Virus record (IMG/VR): IMGVR_UViG_3300042807_000369
DNA: 61,975 nt
Reading direction: 5' to 3' (one strand)
DNA from: a virus
This document shows, one piece after another, positions 20,871 through 29,512 of the stretch (within the stretch, counting starts at the first letter, position 1; each line of letters starts with the position of its first letter). Made by a program: the position numbers and the translations under genes. The notes under the pieces were generated by a model. That model had not been told where the DNA came from, made no database searches, and worked only from the letters and a program-made list of their open reading frames with translations.

Positions 20871-22231
20871 GCGGGATTGTGCTTAACATTTTAGGGGCCA
20901 GTTTTGGCGCGGCGTTTGCTCCTGTGGGTTTTTTGGCTTCAATTAGTAATCCTAACGGCAATGCTGTTGATAACTCTAATCTGGCTATAAGGAGCGATCA
21001 GCTAAATGCGTCTGTCCAAACTTCAGCAGCCGGTGTTACACAACTTACCGCACTGAGTCTCCCGCTCACATTAGACAGTATTACCTGGCAAGTCGCGCTT
21101 ACTGACGGGGCAGACGTGCCTGTGGCCAGGCAGATTGCAATTGACTCTGCAGGTAACCCCGTTATAGCAGGCTATAAATTTGTTACTTTTAATAACTTCA
21201 ATGCAGGCTACGTTGTTAAATTTAACAGCAGTGGAGTTGTTCAATGGCAGCGTCGAGTACAAGCCGACTGTGGTTTTTTTGGGCTTACTATAGACGCTAG
21301 CGACAACATTTACTGTGCAGGCGCTGCTCGTTTTTTCTCCCCTAGCCGCTTTGACATTTATGTTTCTAAACTTGATTCCTCTGGCACGCTTCAATTTCGA
21401 AGAAACATTGGAGACACCGGCTCACCTTTTGAATCAGCAAGTGCTGTTTCAATAAACAATGCAGATTGGTTTAATGTAGCTGCAAGCTCTGACGCACCTG
21501 GTAATTTGGACTCCGCTTTTCTTATTCTTGACCGCTCAACAGGGGACACAATAGGTGCAGTAACCCAAAGAGACTCAAGTGGTTCGGGCAGGCAAGAGGG
21601 CATAGACGTTGTCCGTGGAGAGGCAGATACGATAAGTTATTTTTTGCTTCGTACATTTTCAACGTTATCTTCTGGTAGCAAGTCTGATCAAGTGCTTTTA
21701 CGGCACACAAATGCGGGGGGGTTTGTATGGCAACGACAACTCTCTACTGATCAAACTATTGCGCCTGTACGCTTGGCCATGGACCCCAGTAACACGCATG
21801 TCTACACCTGTGCTAACTTGACAAGTTCTGATGGATTACGTCAGGAGCTTCTTCTTGTTAAATATGGTGCTGACGCTACGGGGTCTCTGATTTGGCAGCG
21901 AAAACTAGCATGTCCTACAGCGAGCCTTACGGTACGATCCATTGCAACAGATTCCTTAGACAATGTGTACATAACTATGGATCAGTTTTCGTCCGGGTTA
22001 TCGGACAGGGTGTTAGTTCTTAAAATGCCAGGGAGTGGCGCGGGTGCCGGAAACTCCGCTGTTCTTGACGGTAGGACGTACACCTATTCAGAGTCCAGCG
22101 TGTCGGCTTTCTCAGGGGGACTTGTTATTACGGCTTACAGCCCTGTCAATAGCCAATTTTCTGAAACATTAACAACTCCAACTGCGGCAAGTGCCTCCAA
22201 TACGTTAGCTATTGCAGGGGAATCAGTGTGA
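20867..22231 (+). CDS. Beta-propeller-repeat (SBBP-like) protein, putative tail spike/receptor-binding protein
   Basis: A 454-aa ORF with recurring D..(D/G)N(I/V)Y..G......D.(Y/L)V.K(L/Y)...G...WQR blades (DASDNIYCAG...DIYVSKLDSSGTLQFRR; DSLDNVYITM...; LLLVKYGADATGSLIWQRK). It is AT-richer than its flanks and coupled to fibre 2 by a 4-nt overlap. Confidence 0.5.
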   Translation: MSGIVLNILGASFGAAFAPVGFLASISNPNGNAVDNSNLAIRSDQLNASVQTSAAGVTQLTALSLPLTLDSITWQVALTDGADVPVARQIAIDSAGNPVIAGYKFVTFNNFNAGYVVKFNSSGVVQWQRRVQADCGFFGLTIDASDNIYCAGAARFFSPSRFDIYVSKLDSSGTLQFRRNIGDTGSPFESASAVSINNADWFNVAASSDAPGNLDSAFLILDRSTGDTIGAVTQRDSSGSGRQEGIDVVRGEADTISYFLLRTFSTLSSGSKSDQVLLRHTNAGGFVWQRQLSTDQTIAPVRLAMDPSNTHVYTCANLTSSDGLRQELLLVKYGADATGSLIWQRKLACPTASLTVRSIATDSLDNVYITMDQFSSGLSDRVLVLKMPGSGAGAGNSAVLDGRTYTYSESSVSAFSGGLVITAYSPVNSQFSETLTTPTAASASNTLAIAGESV

Positions 22232-22265
22232 TCGCAACGGTTAACAAAGCAAGTGGGGTTTAATC

Positions 22266-22358
22266 ATGCGAGACTGGCTCGTTGCTTTTATTGCAGCGGC
22301 CAGTCTGGTCGGGCTGACTGTCTGGACGGCGCGGGCCGTCATTCTTGCATTGGGATAA
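22266..22358 (+). CDS. 30-aa single-TM peptide (hypothetical)
   Basis: The ORF reads MRDWLVAFIAAASLVGLTVWTARAVILALG. It is below the track cutoff, and its stop lies directly before the next ATG. Confidence 0.35.
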   Translation: MRDWLVAFIAAASLVGLTVWTARAVILALG

Positions 22359-22359
22359 T

Positions 22360-22818
22360 ATGATTGACCTTACCAAAGCGATTGGGGCTGTTGCTGCCAG
22401 TGTTGCCGCACTGGGAGGTAGTTATACGTTGGCCGACAAGTTTGGTTGGTTTGATCGTGCCATTCTTGAGTGGTCACCGCAGCACTTCAACATCCCGGCA
22501 GCAAAGATTGGTGAGCCCATCAACGTGACTGTTGCGCGGATCAAGAAGCGCGACGACTGCTCGGTGGAAGCGTTTACACCGTCAGTGCGTGATGCAGCAG
22601 GTATGGTGCATGAGGCCACGCCCTCGAACAGTAAGTTCACAGGCCCCGCTGGTAACGAAGTGGACACTTTCATGTACCAGCTCAAGCTGTCAGAAAAGGA
22701 ACCTGTAGCTCCCGGCAAGGCGACCCTGACCGCCATCATCAAATACAAATGTCCCGAGGGTGAACGGGTAGTCACGTACCCCCGGCATGAGAATCTTTCT
22801 TTTGCATTGGACAGATAA
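22360..22818 (+). CDS. Membrane-anchored protein (152 aa), lysis-cassette neighbour
   Basis: An internal ATG at 22360 and an N-terminal hydrophobic helix (AIGAVAASVAALGG). No domain recognised. Confidence 0.5.
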   Translation: MIDLTKAIGAVAASVAALGGSYTLADKFGWFDRAILEWSPQHFNIPAAKIGEPINVTVARIKKRDDCSVEAFTPSVRDAAGMVHEATPSNSKFTGPAGNEVDTFMYQLKLSEKEPVAPGKATLTAIIKYKCPEGERVVTYPRHENLSFALDR

Positions 22819-23249
22819 TGTTGGTCGAGTTGGCAGCAGCAAATGCAGCATTTAGTGTTATAAAGGAAGCTGTCCAAAACGGTGGCGACCTGATGGCTGC
22901 TGGCCAAAAGCTGTTTGATTTTTTCGACAACAAAAACGCGATTCAAAAGAAGGCCAGTAGCGGAAACGACATGGAGGCTTTCGCTGCATTGGAACAGCTC
23001 AAGAACAGTGAAGCCGAGCTAAAGCGCATGATGATTTATCACGGTCGCGCAGGGCTGTGGGACGACTGGCTTAAATTTCAAAAAGAAGCCAAGCACAGAC
23101 GTGAATCCGAGGAACGAGCCGCTGCCCGTAAGAAGGCGGCACGTATTGCAAAGGCATGGCTAACGGCCATGTGGACTGCCATTGTGTTACTGCTGGGGAT
23201 GCTTGCCGCTCTCGGCGTTTGGGTAGTAGGTCAACTGAAAGGAAAGTAA
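22818..23249 (+). CDS. Coiled-coil protein with C-terminal TM helix (143 aa)
   Basis: A track ORF overlapping its neighbours by 1 nt on each side. The C-terminal sequence is WLTAMWTAIVLLLGMLAALGVWVV. Confidence 0.5.
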   Translation: MLVELAAANAAFSVIKEAVQNGGDLMAAGQKLFDFFDNKNAIQKKASSGNDMEAFAALEQLKNSEAELKRMMIYHGRAGLWDDWLKFQKEAKHRRESEERAAARKKAARIAKAWLTAMWTAIVLLLGMLAALGVWVVGQLKGK

Positions 23250-23773
23250 TGCTGTCTCTCATCTCAACACTCGGGGGTCTGCTGATCTCCGGCCTTCCAA
23301 AGCTCCTAGAGCACTTCCAGAACAAAGCCGACCAGCGCCATGAGCTGGCTCTGGCTACCCTACAGAACGAACGTGAGTTGGCACTGGCCGCTCAAGGCTT
23401 CGCTGCGCAGGCAAAGATCGAAGAAATCCGCACCGAGCAGGTCGCCATGCAGACCCAAGCGCAGATGGCAGAAGCCGAAGCTGGCATGGTCCAAGGCGCT
23501 CAAGAGCACGACAAAGCAGTGCTTGCCAAGGCATCCACATGGGTAGCCAACTATGTGGGGACTGTGCGCCCTACGGTGACGTACATCTTCGTCTTCGAGC
23601 TGGTCGCCATCAACGCCTTCCTGTGCTACTACCTGTGGTCTAACCCCGGCCTTATCACCAATATGGATGACGTATTAAGGTATGCAGATATTATTTTCAG
23701 TCCGGACGAAATGGCCATGTTGGGTGGAATTATAGGATTTTGGTTCGGAAGTCGTAATTGGAGCAAGAAGTGA
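23249..23773 (+). CDS. Holin, GTA-type '3TM holin'-like
   Basis: An internal ATG at 23249 overlaps the previous stop (TAATG). The architecture is an N-terminal hydrophobic segment, a long Ala/Gln/Glu helix, then W..N..G..RP..TYIFVF and two more TM segments, as in the holin-of-3TMs family. It lies directly upstream of the lysozyme. Confidence 0.6.
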   Translation: MLSLISTLGGLLISGLPKLLEHFQNKADQRHELALATLQNERELALAAQGFAAQAKIEEIRTEQVAMQTQAQMAEAEAGMVQGAQEHDKAVLAKASTWVANYVGTVRPTVTYIFVFELVAINAFLCYYLWSNPGLITNMDDVLRYADIIFSPDEMAMLGGIIGFWFGSRNWSKK

Positions 23774-24273
23774 AAACTTCTGACGTAGGCATCCACTTGA
23801 TGCACGAGTTTGAGGGTTACCGCAATCGGCCTTACAAATGCAGTGCAAAAATCTGGACGGTGGGCTGGGGCCATGCAATGTACAGCGATCAGCTCCGCCT
23901 GCCGAATGTGCGCAAAGAAAACTACACCGGGATGATCCGTGATGACTACCAACTCAAGCCGGAAGACAACCGGGTCTGGTCGAAAGAAGAACTGGTTGAG
24001 ATATTCAAGGGTGACCTCGTTTCTTTTGAACGCAGTGTTCTTCGACTTGCTCCCAATCTGGCTGGCCATCAGCGCAAGTTTGACGCTTGTGTCGCTCTGG
24101 CCTTCAATGTAGGGGCTGGCAACTTCCAGCGCAGCACCATTCGCCAGAAGATTCTGCGGGAAGACTGGGAAGGTGCAGCCGAGGCTTTCCTGATGTGGTC
24201 CAAAGCAGACAGCAAGGTCTTGCCCGGTCTGGTGCGCAGACGCAAGGCTGAGATTGCGCTGTTCCTGAGTTAA
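23758..24273 (+). CDS. Endolysin, GH24 (T4/lambda-type) lysozyme
   Basis: GIHLMHEFEGYRNRPYKCSAKIWTVGWGH matches the GH24 N-terminal catalytic pattern (EG.R...Y.C.AG.WTIGYGH). No signal or SAR helix is present. The start is either ATG 23758 or GTG 23770 (GTGA overlap with the holin stop). Confidence 0.85.
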   Translation: MEQEVKTSDVGIHLMHEFEGYRNRPYKCSAKIWTVGWGHAMYSDQLRLPNVRKENYTGMIRDDYQLKPEDNRVWSKEELVEIFKGDLVSFERSVLRLAPNLAGHQRKFDACVALAFNVGAGNFQRSTIRQKILREDWEGAAEAFLMWSKADSKVLPGLVRRRKAEIALFLS

Positions 24274-24319
24274 GTGCGAAAATGTCGCATACCACAAAAC
24301 TTCTTTGATTGGAGCCTTT

Positions 24320-24478
24320 ATGAAAACCACGCCTGTTTGGGAGAAAAAACGTCCTAAAAGCATTGGAAAGCCCAAGGCCCTAACCCCGGCAAAGAAGGCA
24401 TCTGCGAAGGCCGCCGCCAAGAAGGCCGGTCGTCCATACCCCAATTTGGTGGACAACATGCGCGCTGCAAAGGGGTAA
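24320..24478 (+). CDS. Small basic Lys/Ala/Pro-rich protein (52 aa)
   Basis: ggagcc lies upstream. The sequence is MKTTPVWEKKRPKSIGKPKALTPAKKASAKAAAKKAGRPYPNLVDNMRAAKG. It ends 2 nt before the next gene and is below the track cutoff. Confidence 0.45.
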   Translation: MKTTPVWEKKRPKSIGKPKALTPAKKASAKAAAKKAGRPYPNLVDNMRAAKG

Positions 24479-24480
24479 AA

Positions 24481-26334
24481 ATGCCACTGCTTCGACTCTT
24501 CCTCAAGCCCGGCATTGACAAACAAAACACCGAATACGGCGCTGAAGGCGGCTGGGTGGACGGTGACTTTGTGCGCTTTCGTTACGGCTTGCCAGAGAAG
24601 ATTGGCGGCTGGGAATCTTTTAACAGCCCACAGGTTTATTTCATAGGGGCTGTCTCTGAGGTCTTTACGTGGAACGCGCTAGACGGGACGCCGTACATGG
24701 TCCTCGGCACCAACCGAAAAGTCTATGTTTTTTACGGGGGAGATTGGGCGGACATTACTCCCATCCGGGCTACTGACGCGGTCACTTTTGACACAACGAA
24801 CGGTTCAACCACGGTCACGGTCAATGATGCAAGTCACGGCGCTGTCGTCGGTGACTTTGTCACTTTTAACACGGTTACCGGCGATCCTGGCGGCATTCCA
24901 AATGCCAGCTTGACTGGGGAGTTTGAGATTCAACAAGTTTTGAGTGGTAGCCAGTACACCATCGTGTCGCCTACCGCTGCCTCCTCTACCGCTTCTACTG
25001 CAGGCACCGCCAACGCGGTGTACCAAATCAATGTCGGCAGTGACGTGAGCTTCTTTGATTACGGTTGGAACACAGGTGCGTGGAATACCTTTACTTGGAA
25101 CACGCCACGGCCGCCCACCGTTTTAGGCCTCGCCCTAGGGTCCCGTGTCTGGCAGTTTGACAACTACGGTGAAGACCTGATCATGCAGCTTGTTAATGGT
25201 CAGATTTTCCAGTGGTCCCCGTCCTCGGGTCTTGGAACACGGGCCACGGCCATCGCAGGCGCGCCCACACGAAGCGCTTTTGCCATAATCTCCACGCCTG
25301 ACCGGCACCTGGTCTGCTTTGGCACAGAGTCTGTGCTTGGCGATCCCACCAGCCAGGACCCGATGTTTGTTCGGTATTCAAGCCAGGAGGACATTGGCCA
25401 GTTTGTGGCCACTGCTACCAACACGGCGGGTGGACAACGGCTCACAGACGGCAACGAGATCGTCTCGGCGTTGCGCTCCAGGGGTCAGATTTTAATTTGG
25501 ACAGACACGTCCTTACATGGCCAACAGTACATCGGGCCTCCATACACTTTCGGCTTTCAACAACTTGGTGCCAACTGCGGAATCATTGGTCCGCATGCTT
25601 GCGCTGACGTCAACGGCGTGGCGTATTGGATGAGCAAAGATGCTTTCTTTGTGTTCGACGGTACAGTGAAAAAACTCCCCTCCTCTGTGCAAGACTATGT
25701 GTACGACAACATCAACCTTGGACAGGGATTCGCAGTCAACGTGGCTATCAACACTCAGTTCAATGAGGTAACATGGTTTTACCCCACCACTGACAGCTCA
25801 TATGTCAACCGATCGGTGACGTACAACTATTTGGAAAACGTCTGGTCTATCGGCACGCTGGCCCGCACTGCGTGGCGCGACGTTGGGTCCTTTCCATCGC
25901 CACTGGCCACAAAATATGATCCTGAGGCAGCAGAAGCAAGCCTTACCCCAATTGTGGGGCTTACTCCAGGACGATCAATTCTGTATAACCAAGAGGTAGG
26001 GGTAAATGACGACGGCACGCCTATTCCTGCCTACATTTACTCTGGATATTTTGACATCGGCGACGGCGATCAAGTACTGTTCATGAAGCGGTTTATTCCT
26101 GACTTTAAGAACCAGGTCGGCAATTTGACGGTGAGGCTGCTACTGCGCCTTTACCCGCAAACAAGCGCCACGCCCAGCTCTTTGGACCCGTACATCATCA
26201 CACCCACCACCGACAAGGTGGACACACGAGCGCGCGGCCGACAGATTCAACTGCGCATTGAAAGCGATGAGATAAATACCAACTGGCGCTTCGGCACAAT
26301 GCGGGTTGACATTCAGCCGGACGGCATCCGATGA
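24481..26334 (+). CDS. Large virion structural protein (putative tail tube/nozzle)
   Basis: A 617-aa ORF. The N-terminal pattern RLFLKPGIDKQNTEYGAEGGWVDGDFVRFRYGLPEKIGGWE is familiar from podovirus tail genes. It is followed by fibre-like and internal-protein genes. Confidence 0.45.
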   Translation: MPLLRLFLKPGIDKQNTEYGAEGGWVDGDFVRFRYGLPEKIGGWESFNSPQVYFIGAVSEVFTWNALDGTPYMVLGTNRKVYVFYGGDWADITPIRATDAVTFDTTNGSTTVTVNDASHGAVVGDFVTFNTVTGDPGGIPNASLTGEFEIQQVLSGSQYTIVSPTAASSTASTAGTANAVYQINVGSDVSFFDYGWNTGAWNTFTWNTPRPPTVLGLALGSRVWQFDNYGEDLIMQLVNGQIFQWSPSSGLGTRATAIAGAPTRSAFAIISTPDRHLVCFGTESVLGDPTSQDPMFVRYSSQEDIGQFVATATNTAGGQRLTDGNEIVSALRSRGQILIWTDTSLHGQQYIGPPYTFGFQQLGANCGIIGPHACADVNGVAYWMSKDAFFVFDGTVKKLPSSVQDYVYDNINLGQGFAVNVAINTQFNEVTWFYPTTDSSYVNRSVTYNYLENVWSIGTLARTAWRDVGSFPSPLATKYDPEAAEASLTPIVGLTPGRSILYNQEVGVNDDGTPIPAYIYSGYFDIGDGDQVLFMKRFIPDFKNQVGNLTVRLLLRLYPQTSATPSSLDPYIITPTTDKVDTRARGRQIQLRIESDEINTNWRFGTMRVDIQPDGIR

Positions 26335-27044
26335 GCAAGATCACCAACGTCCGTCTGCCCAACGCGACTCAGTCAGGTTACGATCCTGCTCAGTTTAACC
26401 AATTGGTGCGGTCGCTTGAGCAGATCATCTTGCAGCTCAACAACACCTACACCCCTGTCACCAGCCAAGACACTGCAGCCGCAGCCACGTGGGCAGGCAT
26501 GGGTGGCGGTGCGGGTGGCGGCTTCGCAGGCGGTGTTCGGGGGTTTCAGCTGTCCAACGGCATGCTGCAGCCTCACGCCATGCTGATTTCCAACACGGAC
26601 CAGACCAGCGCAGGCATCACCAGTGAAAACTTGGTGACCTATGACACCGTGGCCTTGGGTAACGGCATCCGTGTGGTGGACAACAGCAAGATTTATGTCC
26701 CTTGCTCGGGCCAGTACTTGGTGACGTTCACGCTACAGATGACCAACCGCAGCAACACAGCGGCGGAGTTTGAGATATGGGCCAAGGACACAGGGGTCAA
26801 TTACCCGTTGAGCAACACTCGCTATGACATTCCGGCGCGAAAAAGTTCTACCATTTGGTCTCACGTGGTGCCCGCTGTCACCGGCATCTTCACCGTCACC
26901 GACCCCACGGTGAACTACCTTCAGATCGCATGGTGGTCCGACAACATTGACGTGTACCTGGAACACTACGCCGCAGGGGTGAGCCCCACGCGTCCTGAGA
27001 TTCCCTCGGTGATTCTCACTATCAACTTTGTTTCAGCGGGCTGA
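26331..27044 (+). CDS. Tail-associated protein with Gly-rich linker and beta-rich C-terminal domain
   Basis: A 237-aa ORF with a 4-nt overlap upstream. It has an N-terminal helix (FNQLVRSLEQIILQLNN), a GMGGGAGGGFAGG linker and a jelly-roll-like C-terminus. Confidence 0.4.
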   Translation: MSKITNVRLPNATQSGYDPAQFNQLVRSLEQIILQLNNTYTPVTSQDTAAAATWAGMGGGAGGGFAGGVRGFQLSNGMLQPHAMLISNTDQTSAGITSENLVTYDTVALGNGIRVVDNSKIYVPCSGQYLVTFTLQMTNRSNTAAEFEIWAKDTGVNYPLSNTRYDIPARKSSTIWSHVVPAVTGIFTVTDPTVNYLQIAWWSDNIDVYLEHYAAGVSPTRPEIPSVILTINFVSAG

Positions 27045-27046
27045 TC

Positions 27047-27379
27047 ATGGCAAACAAGTATTTACGCAAGAACCTGACCCCGTCAGCCGCCACGGAGACG
27101 ACGATTTACACCGTCCCTGCTGCCAACACGGCTGTTGTGTCGTCGCTGCGCGTGACCAACCGCAACGCTTCCGCAGCGGCGTTGTCCATCAACGTCTACC
27201 CAAGCGGCGGGGCCACGGCCTTTGCCCTGTTGAAGACCTATTCACTGCCCACGAACCAGACCATGGACGCTTTTAGCGGCGTTCCGTGCATTTTGGAGAC
27301 CGGAGATATTCTGAAAGTCACCTCCAGCGTGGCAACTGTCGACTTTCACATGTCCTATTTAGAGGTGGACCGGTCGTAA
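27047..27379 (+). CDS. Small beta-rich virion protein (110 aa)
   Basis: A track ORF with the pattern TIYTVPA.T.AVVSSLRV.N......L...V.......LP.N.....G...LE.GD.L.V.S, common in podovirus structural modules. Confidence 0.5.
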   Translation: MANKYLRKNLTPSAATETTIYTVPAANTAVVSSLRVTNRNASAAALSINVYPSGGATAFALLKTYSLPTNQTMDAFSGVPCILETGDILKVTSSVATVDFHMSYLEVDRS

Positions 27380-27383
27380 AGAG

Positions 27384-27413
27384 TGGACAAAACTTGACTT
27401 TTTGTTGGATAAT
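27384..27413 (+). promoter_or_regulatory. Possible sigma70-type promoter for the internal-protein operon
   Basis: TGGACA-N18-GATAAT lies in the 108-nt gap before 27488. Confidence 0.3.
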
Positions 27414-27487
27414 TTCAGCCATTACCGCGTCCTTTCCCGGCGCGCAGCCCCACGCGAGGCTAGTGGCAAAAACTGGAAAGGACTATC

Positions 27488-29512
27488 ATGGAAAATGAAG
27501 GAATCATGGCGTTGCCACAAGGCGCGGCCATGGAGGGCGAGCAGCCTGTGGCGGAGCCGATGACTGTTTCAAGCGGTGAGTCCTATGACGCTGCGCAAAC
27601 AGCGCTTCAGCGGATGAACCCCCAAGAGTACGCAGTACTCAAAGAAACCCTGCGCCAGAACTTGGCGGATGTAGAGCTTTCAGCCGCCGAAATATCTTCG
27701 ATGCTTGAGGCGCTGGTCTACATGACACAGAATCCGGCGCAGTATCCGGAGCTGCGCCAGAACCTGATCAACAGCGGCATGATTGATGCTGAAGATTTGC
27801 CAGAACAATTTGACCTTGAGTTTCTGGGCGTCTTAATCATCTCTCTTCATGAAATGCAGTTGATGCAGTTCGAGGGGGCGCAGGCTCCAATGATGGACAT
27901 GCCCCCTGTACAGGGCGAAGACGCCATGCAAGGTCTTGATGGGACCCAGCCAATGGCCATGGCCCAAGGCGGCCTGGCGGATGTTGCGTCTTACATGGCT
28001 TCTAAAGGGCGCAATGGCGACACGATGCTTGCGCACATTACCCCCGGAGAAGCGCAGATGCTCAGAGCCCGAGGTGGCTCTGGCACGATCAACCCTGTTA
28101 CCGGCCTGCCCGAGTTCTTTCTCAAGAAGCTCTTCAAGAAGGTGGTCGATGTAGCCAAGAAGATCGTTAAGAGCCCTATTGGAAAGATTGTTGCCACAGT
28201 GGGCCTTGCCACCCTTTTGGGCCCTACCGCAATTGGAGCCGCCTTGGGCAAAGCAGGCACTGCTGCGCTTGTATCTGGGGGCGTCACACTGTTGAGCGGG
28301 GGCAAACTAAAAGATGCTCTGATTGCCGGAGCCACTGGTTATTTTGGGGCAGGCGGCACCATTGGTGGCTTTAATCCAATCCAGTCCGTAGGTTCGTTCT
28401 TGCCAGGGGCTGCAGGCGGTGCCCTCAACACAGGCGTGGCTACTGGCCTTGTCGGCGCAGGTATCGGCAAGCTGGGGGGCATGAGCACCCAAGACGCATT
28501 GAAGATGGGCCTTACCCAAGGCTTGTCCGCCGGTGCGATGCAGGCCCTCCAAGGCCAGCAGGCTCCTGCCGAGCCGCAAATGCAGTCTAACCCGCAAACA
28601 GACAGCCCATTCTCAGGCGTACAAAACGACGGCACTGCTCAAAGCTTGCTTGCGTCGCAGCCTCAGGCCAGCCAGCAGATGCAATTTGATACGTCCCCAC
28701 TGGGAGGCGCACCCGCAGCTCCTAAGGGCTTTTTCGAGTCAATGTTCAGCTCCGACCCTGCTCCCGCTGCGGCTTCTAACCCGCTGAGCGCTGTTCCAGG
28801 CTCCTCTGCCGCCTTGGGAGCAGGCACTGCGGCTCCTGCCGTACTAGGCGCTGCTCCGGGCGCTGCCGCTGCCCTAGGTTCCGCCGCTCCTGCCGCCGCA
28901 ACAGGGGGTATGTTCTCGGGCATAGTCCCAAAAATTGGCCTTGGCCTTGGAGTTTCGGCACTGGCTGGCGGCTTTAAAGACAAGACGGAAGTAAATCCGA
29001 TCTCAGAGGCCGAAAAAGAGCGGTATTTTGAGAATCTCAAGATAGCAAAACAACGCGACGACTTTATTAGAGGCGGTGGTTATGGCCTTGAAATGCCTTC
29101 GATTACCACACGCAGTCCAATTGTGGCCACTGATTACTCAGCGGCGCTTCCTATCAGGCAAGACACTTCGGTAGTAATGCCTACAGGCATTACCCGCTCT
29201 CCTGGCGGCATAGCACAGCCGTATAACCTTGCTGGGATGTATGGAGTGCCACTGGTTTATGGACAAGGAAATGTTCAAGAGCTGGCCAAAGGGGGCATGC
29301 CAAAACCTACAAACTTCCCACGAAAAACAGGGCCAATTAACGGCCAAGGCACCGGAACGTCAGACGACATCCCCGCTATGCTATCGGACGGGGAGTTTGT
29401 GTTCACGGCCAAGGCAGTGCGTAATGCTGGGAACGGAAGTCGTCGCAAAGGCGCGGCGCGCATGTACAAGCTCATGAAAATGCTTGAAGGCGGTCCTGTA
29501 AAGGGGAAATAA
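27488..29512 (+). CDS. Internal virion (ejection) protein 1, membrane-active
   Basis: A 674-aa ORF carrying the motif GDTMLAHITPGEAQMLRARGGSGTINPVTGLPEF. It has long Gly/Ala hydrophobic stretches (TM-like) and a C-terminal SDDIPAMLSDGEFVFTAKAVRNAG motif. Both motifs recur in internal proteins of aquatic podoviruses, from memory. Confidence 0.55.
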   Translation: MENEGIMALPQGAAMEGEQPVAEPMTVSSGESYDAAQTALQRMNPQEYAVLKETLRQNLADVELSAAEISSMLEALVYMTQNPAQYPELRQNLINSGMIDAEDLPEQFDLEFLGVLIISLHEMQLMQFEGAQAPMMDMPPVQGEDAMQGLDGTQPMAMAQGGLADVASYMASKGRNGDTMLAHITPGEAQMLRARGGSGTINPVTGLPEFFLKKLFKKVVDVAKKIVKSPIGKIVATVGLATLLGPTAIGAALGKAGTAALVSGGVTLLSGGKLKDALIAGATGYFGAGGTIGGFNPIQSVGSFLPGAAGGALNTGVATGLVGAGIGKLGGMSTQDALKMGLTQGLSAGAMQALQGQQAPAEPQMQSNPQTDSPFSGVQNDGTAQSLLASQPQASQQMQFDTSPLGGAPAAPKGFFESMFSSDPAPAAASNPLSAVPGSSAALGAGTAAPAVLGAAPGAAAALGSAAPAAATGGMFSGIVPKIGLGLGVSALAGGFKDKTEVNPISEAEKERYFENLKIAKQRDDFIRGGGYGLEMPSITTRSPIVATDYSAALPIRQDTSVVMPTGITRSPGGIAQPYNLAGMYGVPLVYGQGNVQELAKGGMPKPTNFPRKTGPINGQGTGTSDDIPAMLSDGEFVFTAKAVRNAGNGSRRKGAARMYKLMKMLEGGPVKGK

